From the NCBI GenBank assembly GCA_035715585.1, contig DASTKX010000032.1:2192-66191 (forward strand): 64,000 nucleotides of DNA, given 5' to 3'. The notes under the pieces are model-generated. The model did not search any database. It was not told where the DNA came from and saw only the letters and a list, made by a program, of their open reading frames with translations. Every line of letters starts with the position of its first letter. Within the stretch, counting starts at the first letter, position 1. Below, piece after piece: positions 9,486 to 17,641 of the stretch. The position numbers and the translations under genes are program-made. This stretch comes from Thermoleophilaceae bacterium (GTDB lineage Bacteria > Actinomycetota > Thermoleophilia > Solirubrobacterales > Thermoleophilaceae).

Positions 9486-11093
9486 ATGTCCACGGTCGCA
9501 GCCCCCCGATCGCGCACCCTCCCGCGCGTCCCACCGAAGCTTGCGGACTTCGCGCGCGGACCGGCCGGGATCACGCTGTTCGTCGGCCTGCTCCTGCTGA
9601 TCTCGCTCTTCCTGCGCACGCGTGCGCTCGGCGCCTCGCTGTGGATGGACGAGGGCCTATCGATCGGGATCGCCGGGCAGCCGTTCTTCGACATCCCGGG
9701 GGTGCTGCGCCAGGATGGCTCGCCGCCCTTCTACTACATGCTGCTGCACGTCTGGATGGAGCTGGTCGGCAACGGCCCCGCCGACACGCAGGGCCTGTCG
9801 GTCGCGATCTCGCTGCTCGCGGTGCCGGGCGGCCTGTGGGCCGGCTGGTCGCTGTTCGGCCGGCGCGCCGGCCTCTACTGCGCGGCGCTCGGCGCCTTCA
9901 ACCCGTTCCTGACGGTGTACGCGCAGGAGACGCGGATGTACTCGCTGATGGTGGTGCTGAGCCTGTTCGCGACGGCTGCGTTCCTGCATGTGTTCGTCTA
10001 TCGCAACCGCCGTTACCTGCCAGTCTTCGCGGCGCTGCTCGCGGCGATGCTCTACACGCACAGCTGGGGGATCTTCGTCACCGCCGGCGCGCTGTTCACC
10101 TTTGCGGTCGTGCTGCTGCAGAGCGACGAGCGCGGGCCGCTGCTGAAGGACGGCCTGATCGCCTTCGGGCTGGCGTTCGTGCTCTACCTGCCGTGGATCC
10201 CGACGCTGCTCTACCAAGTCGGGCACACCGGGGCGCCATGGCTGAACTCGCCGCGCTTCGGCGTGGCGATCCAGGTCTCGAAGTCGCTGCTCGGCGGGGG
10301 CACGGCAACCGTGGCGCTGGTGCTGGCCGCCGGATCCGGCCTCGCCGCGGTGATCCTCGGCAAGACCGCCGATCGCGAGAAGCGGGCGGTCTACGCCGCG
10401 ATCTCGCTGCTCGTGTCGACGCTGGCGATCGCCTGGCTGTTCTCGCAGTTCTCGCCGGCCTGGACGACCCGCTACCTCGGCGTGGCGCTCGGTCCGCTGC
10501 TGATCCTCGCGGCGCTCGGGCTCGCCCGCGCGGGCACGCTCGGGCTGGTGGCGCTGGTGATCATCCTCGGGATCTGGGCGATCCCCAAGACCAGCACGCT
10601 CGAGAACAAGTCGAACGCCGCCGATCTCGCCGCCGCCGTCCAGGGGACGCTGCAGCCTGGCGACCTCGTCGTGACGCTCCAGCCCGAGCAGGCGCCGCTG
10701 ATGCACTACCACCTGCCGGGCGGCCTCCAAGACGATCTCGTCGAGGCGACCCAACTCGGCGAGGTCGAGACCAAGGGCGTGATGGATTGGCGCGACGTCC
10801 AGGACCGGATCGAGGCTGCAACTCCCGCGAAGAACCTGACGCCCCTGCTTGATAGCCTGCCCTGCTCGCAGCGCGTGCTGCTCGTCTACCCGGTCACGAC
10901 CAACATCAGCGACTGGGACGCCCCTTGGACGGAGATCGTTCGTCGAAGGGCGGCTCAGTGGGGACGGGCACTCGAGCTCGACAAGCGTTTCAGCCTCGAC
11001 GGCGCCGTACCGCCCTTCTACAGGCGGGCGGGCCGGATCGGGGTACGTGGCGTCCTCTACACAAAGAACTGCGACCAAGCGAGCCAGACCTAG
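9486..11093 (+). CDS. Glycosyltransferase family 39-like (PMT/ArnT-type GT-C) membrane protein
   Basis: ORF 9486..11093. The first extracytoplasmic loop is LWMDEGLSIG (Asp-Glu motif of PMT/ArnT-like enzymes). About 11 TM helices and a soluble C-terminal domain. Confidence 0.75.
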   Translation: MSTVAAPRSRTLPRVPPKLADFARGPAGITLFVGLLLLISLFLRTRALGASLWMDEGLSIGIAGQPFFDIPGVLRQDGSPPFYYMLLHVWMELVGNGPADTQGLSVAISLLAVPGGLWAGWSLFGRRAGLYCAALGAFNPFLTVYAQETRMYSLMVVLSLFATAAFLHVFVYRNRRYLPVFAALLAAMLYTHSWGIFVTAGALFTFAVVLLQSDERGPLLKDGLIAFGLAFVLYLPWIPTLLYQVGHTGAPWLNSPRFGVAIQVSKSLLGGGTATVALVLAAGSGLAAVILGKTADREKRAVYAAISLLVSTLAIAWLFSQFSPAWTTRYLGVALGPLLILAALGLARAGTLGLVALVIILGIWAIPKTSTLENKSNAADLAAAVQGTLQPGDLVVTLQPEQAPLMHYHLPGGLQDDLVEATQLGEVETKGVMDWRDVQDRIEAATPAKNLTPLLDSLPCSQRVLLVYPVTTNISDWDAPWTEIVRRRAAQWGRALELDKRFSLDGAVPPFYRRAGRIGVRGVLYTKNCDQASQT

Positions 11094-12622
11094 TGAGCGA
11101 GACTCCCTCCAATAACAGCCAGGCGACCGAGGCTGCGACGCCCGGCCTGCGCGACACGCCGACCCTGATCCTCGGGGGCGGTCCCGCCGGTCTGACGGCG
11201 GGCTACCTGCTCGCCAAGCAGGGCTTCCCGGTGATCATCTTCGAGGCCGAGGACCAGGTCGGCGGCATCGCCAAGACCGAGGTCCGCGAGGGTCCCGGCG
11301 GCGAGTACCGCTTCGACCTCGGCGGCCATCGCTTCTTCACAAAGGTCCAGGAGGTCGACGACCTCTGGCACGAGATCATGCGCGAGGAGTTCCTCAAGCG
11401 CCCGCGGATGTCGCGGATCTACTGGAACAAGAAGTTCCTCGACTACCCGCTGCGCGGCCCGGACGTGATCAAGAAGCTCGGGCCGATCGAGCTGACGCGC
11501 TGCATGCTGTCCTACTTCTGGGCGCAGGTGAAGCCGAAGGGCCGCGAGGACACCTTCGAGCAGTGGGTGTCGAACCGCTTCGGCAAGCGCCTCTTCAACC
11601 TCTTCTTCAAGTCCTACACCGAGAAGGTGTGGGGCGTGCCGACCTCGGAGATCCGCGCCGAGTGGGCGGCCCAGCGGATCAAGGGCCTGTCCTTCTTCAG
11701 CGCTGCCAAGGCTGCCTTCTTCGGCAACAAGGGCAACGAGATCAAGACGCTGATCGGCGAGTTCAACTACCCGCGTTACGGCCCCGGCCAGATGTGGGAG
11801 ACGATGACCGACGACATCACCAAGCTCGGCGGTCAGGTGCTGCTCAACACGAAGGTCGACAAGGTGATCTTCGAGGGTGGCCGCGCGCGTAAAGTGATCG
11901 CCGGCGGCAAGGAGTACGAGTCGAACTACATCGTCAGCTCGCTGCCGCTGCGCAACATCGTCGGCATGGCCGACCCGCAGCCTTCGCCGGAGGTTGTCGC
12001 CGCCGCGAAGGGCCTGCGCTACCGCGACTTCCTGACGGTGTCGCTGGTGCTCGACGGCGAGGACCTCTTCCCCGACAACTGGATCTACATCCACGAGCCC
12101 GACGTCGAGGTCGGCCGGATCCAGAACTTCCGCTCCTGGAGTCCGTGGATGGTTCCGGACCCGACCAAGGCCTGCATCGGCCTCGAGTACTTCTGCTTCG
12201 CCGGCGACGAGCTCTGGGAGACCGACGACGACGAGCTCGTCGAGCTCGGCATGCGCGAGCTCGAGACGCTCGGCCTGGCGACCCGCGACAAGCTCGAGTT
12301 CGGCTTCGCGACGCGTGTCCCGAAGGCGTACCCGATGTACGACATGGACTACTCCGAGCGGATCGTCGCGATTCGCAGCTGGCTCGACGGGCTGGAGAAC
12401 CTGCAGCAGGTCGGCCGCAACGGGCTGCACCGCTACAACAACTCCGACCACTCGATGCTGACCGCGATGCGCGCGGTCGACAACCTCGTCAAGGGGACCG
12501 AGCACGACATCTGGGCCGTGAACGCCGAGTCGGTGTACCACGAGACCGAGACCCAGGACGAGCAGCAGCCCTACATCGAGGCGCCCGAGACCGCCGCACA
12601 GAAGGAGCCGCTGGCCAAGTAG
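11093..12622 (+). CDS. NAD(P)/FAD-dependent oxidoreductase (amine-oxidase / UDP-galactopyranose-mutase-like fold)
   Basis: GTG at 11093 overlaps the upstream TAG (TAGTG), inside ORF 10925..12622. Dinucleotide-binding fold: TLILGGGPAGLTAGYLLAKQGFPVIIFEAEDQVGG. Confidence 0.8.
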   Translation: MSETPSNNSQATEAATPGLRDTPTLILGGGPAGLTAGYLLAKQGFPVIIFEAEDQVGGIAKTEVREGPGGEYRFDLGGHRFFTKVQEVDDLWHEIMREEFLKRPRMSRIYWNKKFLDYPLRGPDVIKKLGPIELTRCMLSYFWAQVKPKGREDTFEQWVSNRFGKRLFNLFFKSYTEKVWGVPTSEIRAEWAAQRIKGLSFFSAAKAAFFGNKGNEIKTLIGEFNYPRYGPGQMWETMTDDITKLGGQVLLNTKVDKVIFEGGRARKVIAGGKEYESNYIVSSLPLRNIVGMADPQPSPEVVAAAKGLRYRDFLTVSLVLDGEDLFPDNWIYIHEPDVEVGRIQNFRSWSPWMVPDPTKACIGLEYFCFAGDELWETDDDELVELGMRELETLGLATRDKLEFGFATRVPKAYPMYDMDYSERIVAIRSWLDGLENLQQVGRNGLHRYNNSDHSMLTAMRAVDNLVKGTEHDIWAVNAESVYHETETQDEQQPYIEAPETAAQKEPLAK

Positions 12623-12709
12623 CCGGGCTTCGGGACCAGGATCTCAAGCAGGGGGCCTGCTTGCCGATAACGGAGTTAGGCGGGCTACGTCCGCCCGCTC
12701 CGATATCGA

Positions 12710-13870
12710 ATGACGATCCCAGCCAGAGCCCTACGTCTACTGCTCGTGGCCACCGCCGTGGTCGCCTGCGTCCCCGCCGTCGCGTCGGCGCAGACCGTCG
12801 ATCCGCGCGGCGTCGACCCGGCGTCGCCGAATCCGCTCGTCGGGCTTCCCTGGTTCGTCGACAAGACCTGGGCGCCGCAGTACATCCAGTACGAGAAGTA
12901 CAAGCGTCGCGGTCAGGGCGGCAAGGCGGGGCTGCTGGGCAAGATCGCCCTGCAGCCGCAGTTCAAGTGGTACGGACGCTGGAACGAGAACGACAAGGGC
13001 GGGACCTACGGCGCCGCGCGCAACTACGTCGAGCGCGTCGAGGAGGAGCAGCCCGGAGCGGTGCCGCAGATCGTCGTCATGCGCCACCAGGGCAAGGCCT
13101 GCCATAGGCGCTACACCGCCGGCGGCGCCGCCGAGGATGCACGCACCCGCCGCTGGTACGACCAGTTCGCGGCCGGCATCGGCGACGCGCGCGTCGTGAT
13201 CGGCTTCGAGCCCGATTCGCTCGGCACGCTCGACTGCCTCGCCTTCTCGCGCCGCAAGGCGCGCCTCGACACCCTGCGCTACGGCGTCGACGTCTTCTCG
13301 AAGCTGCCCAACGCGACCGTCTACCTCGAGGCCGGGGCCTCCGACTGGGAGCCGGCCGCCCGGACCGCCAAGCAGCTCAACTACATCGGCATCGCCAAGG
13401 TGCGCGGCTTCATGCTCAACGTCACCCACAAGGACTGGACCGCCGCCAACGTCAAGCACGGCCTCGCGATCTCGCGCCTGACCGGCGGCAAGCACTTCAT
13501 CGTCAACACGTCCGAGAACGGTCGCGGGCCCGTCCACTACCGGCGCTGGATCAGCCGCAAGGACCCGAAGATCTGGCGACGCGTGAACGTCTGGTGCCAC
13601 GCTCAGAAGCGCGGCCTCGGCCCGGCGCCGTCGACCGCGACGCTGCGGCCCGACGTCGTCGACGCCTACCTGTACGTCAACCGGCCGGGGTACTCGGCGG
13701 GGTCGTGCAACGGGGGGCCGTTGCCGATCGGGTCGTGGTGGGCGGACCGGGCGCTCGATCTTGCTCGGCATGCGACGGAGTGGGAGCGGGAGCCGCGGGG
13801 GTTCTCGCTTGGGTGGCCGAGGGGGCAGTACACGGTTCGGCAGTTGGCGGGGGATCAGTACATCCCCTAG
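12710..13870 (+). CDS. Secreted glycoside hydrolase family 6-like protein (catalytic Asp positions substituted)
   Basis: Signal peptide MTIPARALRLLLVATAVVACVPAVASAQ. GH6-like blocks: FEPDSLG, YLEAGASDW, VNTSENGRGP, YLYVNRPGYSAGSC. See the finding on the KAC motif. Confidence 0.7.
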   Translation: MTIPARALRLLLVATAVVACVPAVASAQTVDPRGVDPASPNPLVGLPWFVDKTWAPQYIQYEKYKRRGQGGKAGLLGKIALQPQFKWYGRWNENDKGGTYGAARNYVERVEEEQPGAVPQIVVMRHQGKACHRRYTAGGAAEDARTRRWYDQFAAGIGDARVVIGFEPDSLGTLDCLAFSRRKARLDTLRYGVDVFSKLPNATVYLEAGASDWEPAARTAKQLNYIGIAKVRGFMLNVTHKDWTAANVKHGLAISRLTGGKHFIVNTSENGRGPVHYRRWISRKDPKIWRRVNVWCHAQKRGLGPAPSTATLRPDVVDAYLYVNRPGYSAGSCNGGPLPIGSWWADRALDLARHATEWEREPRGFSLGWPRGQYTVRQLAGDQYIP

Positions 13871-13881
13871 GGCTTGGCCGC

Positions 13882-14036
13882 GCTTCCCGCGGGTCCTGTC
13901 TCCGATTTTGGTTCACGTGCTCGTTCCTGCGCGCGCGAACGCAAAATGCGTCGCCACCCGCGGAGGCACGATGTCGGTTCCTGTACCACGCCCTCGGCGG
14001 CGGTTCGAGGGCGTTTGCCTCGAGGGTCGGGACGTC
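13882..14036. repeat. Solo copy of a structured repeat unit of about 150 nt (same family as 26040..26369)
   Basis: 13886..13963 is identical by eye to 26044..26121 (cccgcgggtcctgtctccgattttggttcacgtgctcgttcctgcgcgcgcgaacgcaaaatgcgtcgccacccgcgg). The distal part resembles the reverse complement of the right arm at 26.3 kb. It fills the spacer between convergent genes. Confidence 0.85.
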
Positions 14037-14046
14037 GCTGGAACGG

Positions 14047-15678
14047 TTAGGAGAGGCCGAGCTCGCGCTCGAGGAGCTTGATGCTGCGCTCGAGTTGGTC
14101 GTCGGTGGCGTCTTTGACTGAGGCGAGGCCGACGGCGCGGTTGATGCGGGCGTTGACGGTGCGGTGCTCCTCGCGCTTTGAGCGGGCGACCTCGGAGACG
14201 AGGTAGGAGCGGCGGTCGCGGAGGCGTTCGCGGCGCTTGTAGGCGGGCTCGGGGGCCTCGGCGGCGGGTTGGGGCTCTTCGTCGGCTGGGGTGGTGGTCG
14301 TGGCGAACTCGGGGTTCTCGGCGTCGGCGAAGAGGTGGAGGGCGTCGCCGGGGCGGGTGGTGGAGGAGATGACGTCGTCGAGGCGGGCGGAGGAGGAGAG
14401 GGCGACGAAGCCGTCGGTGGAGGGGGAGCGCTCGATAGGGGCGTCGCGCTCTTCGAGCGCGGGGTCGAGGGCGAGGGCGTGGCGGCGCTCCTCCTCGATG
14501 GTGGCGGCGAGGCGTTTGAGCTGGGGGTCGGCGGGGAGGAGGAGGAAGCTCATCTGGCGGCTGGGGGTGGGGGTGCGGCGGACGAAGCGGCCGACGACCT
14601 GACGGAAGAAGAGCTCGGTGCGGGCGGCGGTGGCGTAGACGCCGACGCGGAGGCGGGGGATGTCGACGCCCTCGCTGACCATCAGGACGGAGACGAGCCA
14701 GCGGTCGGCGCCGGAGGCGAAGCGTTCGATGGCGGAGGATGCGCCGGGGTCGTCGGAGGTGACGACGGCGGGCTGCTCGCCGGCGATCGTGCCGAGGCGG
14801 CGGGCGATCTGGCGGGCGTGCTCCTTGTCGGCGGCGACGACGAGGCCGCCGGCGTCGGGATGGCCGGTCGTGCGGCACTCGGTCAGCCGCTCGTCGGCGT
14901 CGCGCAGGACCTGGCCGATCCAGTCGCCGTTGGGGTCGAGCGCGGTGCGCAGCCGCCGGGCGGCCTCTTGGCGGGGGAGGACGACGTCGAAGTCGAAGCG
15001 GCGTGTCTCGCCGTCGGAGACCCACTCCATCTCGCCGCCGTAGGTCAGGAAGGTGATCGGCCGGCAGACGCCGTCGACCAGCGCGTCGGTGTACGAGTAC
15101 GAGTAGTCGGCCTCGCTGAGCGAGTCGTCGTCGTAGCGGACCCACGGGATCGCCGTGTTGTCCGAACGGAACGGCGTGCCCGAAAGCAGCAGCCGGAACC
15201 CCGCGCCGCCGAACGCCAGCTCCGCGCTCTGGCCCCAGGCCGCGAGCTCGCCCATGTGATGCGGCTCGTCTGCGATCAGCAGCGTCCGCCGCCCGGCCGT
15301 CGCTGCCCGGTGAACCTTCGGCCCCGCCGCGACCGTCTGGTATGTCACCGCCACGCCATGGCGATCCCTTGGCTCCGGTCCATCCGCGTTCGGCCGATTC
15401 GGCTCCAGATCGATCCCGTAACGGCCCGCATCGGCAGCCCACTGGCGACAGATATGGGTCGTCGGTGCCGCGATGCAGACGCGGCTGACCAACCCCCGTC
15501 GCAGCAGCTCATAGGCCACACGCAGCCCGAACGTCGTCTTCCCGGCAGCCGGCGTCGCCGATGCCAGGAAGTCCCCACCCGGCGACTCCAGCACCCGCTC
15601 CAGCGCAGCCTGCTGCCATTCGCGCAGCGGTCGGGCCATCGGCCAGTCGGGCAGAGAGAGCGAAGAGGGAGGGGCCAT
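14047..15678 (-). CDS. Superfamily-2 DEAD/DEAH-box helicase (ResIII / ERCC3-like core) with long C-terminal tail
   Basis: ATG at 15678 (alternative 15639) within the 1078-aa ORF 14047..17283. Walker A SATPAAGKTT, motif II LLIADEPHHM, LLLSGTPFRSD, helicase-C block SEGVDIPRL. The rest of that ORF is antisense to ribD/ribE. Confidence 0.8.
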   Translation of the reverse strand: MAPPSSLSLPDWPMARPLREWQQAALERVLESPGGDFLASATPAAGKTTFGLRVAYELLRRGLVSRVCIAAPTTHICRQWAADAGRYGIDLEPNRPNADGPEPRDRHGVAVTYQTVAAGPKVHRAATAGRRTLLIADEPHHMGELAAWGQSAELAFGGAGFRLLLSGTPFRSDNTAIPWVRYDDDSLSEADYSYSYTDALVDGVCRPITFLTYGGEMEWVSDGETRRFDFDVVLPRQEAARRLRTALDPNGDWIGQVLRDADERLTECRTTGHPDAGGLVVAADKEHARQIARRLGTIAGEQPAVVTSDDPGASSAIERFASGADRWLVSVLMVSEGVDIPRLRVGVYATAARTELFFRQVVGRFVRRTPTPSRQMSFLLLPADPQLKRLAATIEEERRHALALDPALEERDAPIERSPSTDGFVALSSSARLDDVISSTTRPGDALHLFADAENPEFATTTTPADEEPQPAAEAPEPAYKRRERLRDRRSYLVSEVARSKREEHRTVNARINRAVGLASVKDATDDQLERSIKLLERELGLS

Positions 15679-15767
15679 GCGCGCTTCCACGGGCGCGGCA
15701 CGATAAGCGCCCGGCCAGTCGGCACCCCCGCTTCCCACAGCTAGCCGTGCACCAGCCGCGCTTCGAG

Positions 15768-15826
15768 CCGGGAATGGGAGTCCCGGCGGAGCGATTCCCA
15801 AGCTTAGTAGGGGCTCCCATTCCCGG
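15768..15826. promoter_or_regulatory. 13-bp perfect inverted repeat (ccgggaatgggag / ctcccattcccgg) with 33-nt spacer in the helicase/ribD divergent spacer
   Basis: Read directly: arms at 15768..15780 and 15814..15826. Flanking bases extend the complementarity imperfectly. Confidence 0.5.
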
Positions 15827-15874
15827 CCCTCCGCCACGCCCATCCCCGGCCCAGCCAACCCCCCGCTGGTATCG

Positions 15875-15890
15875 TTGACTCGCGAGTCAA
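15875..15890. promoter_or_regulatory. Perfect 16-bp palindrome TTGACTCGCGAGTCAA, 22 nt upstream of the ribD ATG (candidate operator)
   Basis: Read directly at 15875..15890. ribD starts at 15913. Confidence 0.5.
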
Positions 15891-15912
15891 TCTGGGCTCG
15901 CGGGAACCCCGA

Positions 15913-17037
15913 ATGGCCTCCAGCACTGTCACCGAGCAGGACGTGCGCCACCTCCGGCGGGCGGTCGAGCTGGCTGGAAACGCACGCGGCAGCACTTCGC
16001 CGAACCCGCTCGTCGGCGCTGTCGTGGTCAAGGACGGCCGTGCGATCGGCGAGGGCTTCCACGCCCGCGCCGGCGAGCCGCACGCCGAGCGCGTCGCGCT
16101 CGCCGCCTGCGACGGGGATCCGGCCGGCGCCACCCTCTACGTCTCGCTCGAGCCCTGCTGTCACGAGGGCCGCACGCCACCCTGCACCGACGCGATCGTC
16201 GCGGCGGGGATCGGCCGCGTGGTCGTCGCCTCCGACGATCCGACCGACAAGGCCGCCGGCCGCGGGCTTGGGATCCTGCGCGACGAGGGCATCGCCGTCG
16301 AGGTCATGGACGGCGAGATCGCGGAGGCGGCGCGGCTGCTCAACCAGCCGTTCCGCAAGCACGCTCGCACCGGCCGGCCGTTCGTGATCTTCAAGTCGGC
16401 GATGACGCTCGACGGCAAGGTCGCGACGCGCAGCGGCGACTCGCAGTGGATATCCGGCGAGGCGAGCCGCGCCCGCGCCCACCGCTGGCGCGCTGAGTGC
16501 GACGCCGTCGCCGTCGGCATCCACACCGCCACCCAGGACGACCCGCTGCTGACCGCCCGCATCGAAGGGGTCGACCGCCAGCCGCGCCGCGTCGTCTTCG
16601 ACTCCGAGGCCAGCCTGCCGCTCGACTCGCAGCTCGTCGGCAGCGCCGACGAGGTCCCGGTGATCCTCGTCTGCTCGCGCGCCGCCAAGCGGACCGCGAC
16701 CGACGCGCTGCGCAACTCGGGCGTCGAGGTGATCGTGACGACCGGCGAGAACGAGGCCGCGCGCGTCTGCTCGGCGCTCGACGAGCTCGGGGCGCGCGAC
16801 GTCCAGTCGCTGCTGCTCGAGGGCGGCCCGCACCTCGCGGGCGTCTTCCTCGAGGCCGGCGAGATCGACGAGGCGCGGATGTTCGTCGCGCCGCTGTTCG
16901 CCGGCGGGCGCGAGGCGCGTGCGGCGATCGAGGGCGAGGGCGTCGAGCGGATCGACGACGCCGTTCGCGCGGTCGCCAGCGAGGTCGAGCGGATCGACGA
17001 CGACGTCCTGATCACCGCCCGCCTGAGGGAGTGGTGA
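15913..17037 (+). CDS. ribD: Bifunctional diaminohydroxyphosphoribosylaminopyrimidine deaminase / 5-amino-6-(5-phosphoribosylamino)uracil reductase
   Basis: ORF 15913..17037. Deaminase zinc motifs HAERVAL and SLEPCCHEGRTPPC. Reductase domain KSAMTLDGK. First gene of a rib cluster. Confidence 0.95.
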   Translation: MASSTVTEQDVRHLRRAVELAGNARGSTSPNPLVGAVVVKDGRAIGEGFHARAGEPHAERVALAACDGDPAGATLYVSLEPCCHEGRTPPCTDAIVAAGIGRVVVASDDPTDKAAGRGLGILRDEGIAVEVMDGEIAEAARLLNQPFRKHARTGRPFVIFKSAMTLDGKVATRSGDSQWISGEASRARAHRWRAECDAVAVGIHTATQDDPLLTARIEGVDRQPRRVVFDSEASLPLDSQLVGSADEVPVILVCSRAAKRTATDALRNSGVEVIVTTGENEAARVCSALDELGARDVQSLLLEGGPHLAGVFLEAGEIDEARMFVAPLFAGGREARAAIEGEGVERIDDAVRAVASEVERIDDDVLITARLREW

Positions 17038-17041
17038 GCTG

Positions 17042-17641
17042 ATGTTCACCGGGCTCGTCGAGGCGACCGGGACCGTCGCCGCGTTCGAGCGGCTGGAGGA
17101 GGGCGCCCGCCTTTCGATCGCGACCCCGCTCGCCGCCGAGCTCGCCGACGGCGACTCGGTGGCCGTAAACGGCGTCTGCCTGACCGCGCGCGGCGCCAGG
17201 CCGGAGTCGTTCGCCGCCGACGTGATGGCCGAGACGTTGCGCCGTTCGTCGCTCGGTCCGCTTGCAGTCGGCGACGAGGTCAACCTCGAGCTGCCGGTCC
17301 AGGCAGGCGGCCGGCTCGGTGGCCACGTCGTCCAGGGCCACGTCGACGGCGTCGGGACGGTCGCGTCGACTGCCGACGAGGGATTTGCGCGCGTCGTCCG
17401 CGTCGCGGCTGGCGAGGATCTGCTGCGCTACGTCGTCGAGAAGGGCTCGATCGCCATCGACGGTGTCTCGCTGACCGTCTCGGCGGTCGACGCAGAGGCG
17501 TTCGAGGTATCCCTGATCCCCGAGACGCTCGAGCGGACGACGCTCGGCGCCTTCGAGCCGGGGCGTAGCGTCAATCTTGAGGTCGACGTGCTCGCGAAGT
17601 ACGTCGAGAAACTCGTGAACCGGACCGTGGAGGCGCCGTGA
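17042..17641 (+). CDS. ribE: Riboflavin synthase alpha chain
   Basis: [12 protein letters not shown]... with the duplicated lumazine-binding repeat ([12 protein letters not shown] / [11 protein letters not shown]). Confidence 0.95.
   Translation: MFTGLVEATGTVAAFERLEEGARLSIATPLAAELADGDSVAVNGVCLTARGARPESFAADVMAETLRRSSLGPLAVGDEVNLELPVQAGGRLGGHVVQGHVDGVGTVASTADEGFARVVRVAAGEDLLRYVVEKGSIAIDGVSLTVSAVDAEAFEVSLIPETLERTTLGAFEPGRSVNLEVDVLAKYVEKLVNRTVEAP

Noticed and set aside
15679-15912. FMN (RFN) riboswitch expected upstream of ribD
   Set aside because: I could not find the conserved RFN sequence blocks by eye on either strand. This is reported as a finding (absence) rather than a feature, and needs a covariance-model search to be definitive.
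15679-17283. Upstream two-thirds of the 1078-aa minus-strand ORF 14047..17283
   Set aside because: Only the part from the ATG at 15678 downwards has helicase motifs. The remainder is antisense to the clearly recognisable ribD and ribE genes, and translates to Ala/Arg/Ser/Pro-rich sequence typical of shadow frames in GC-rich DNA.
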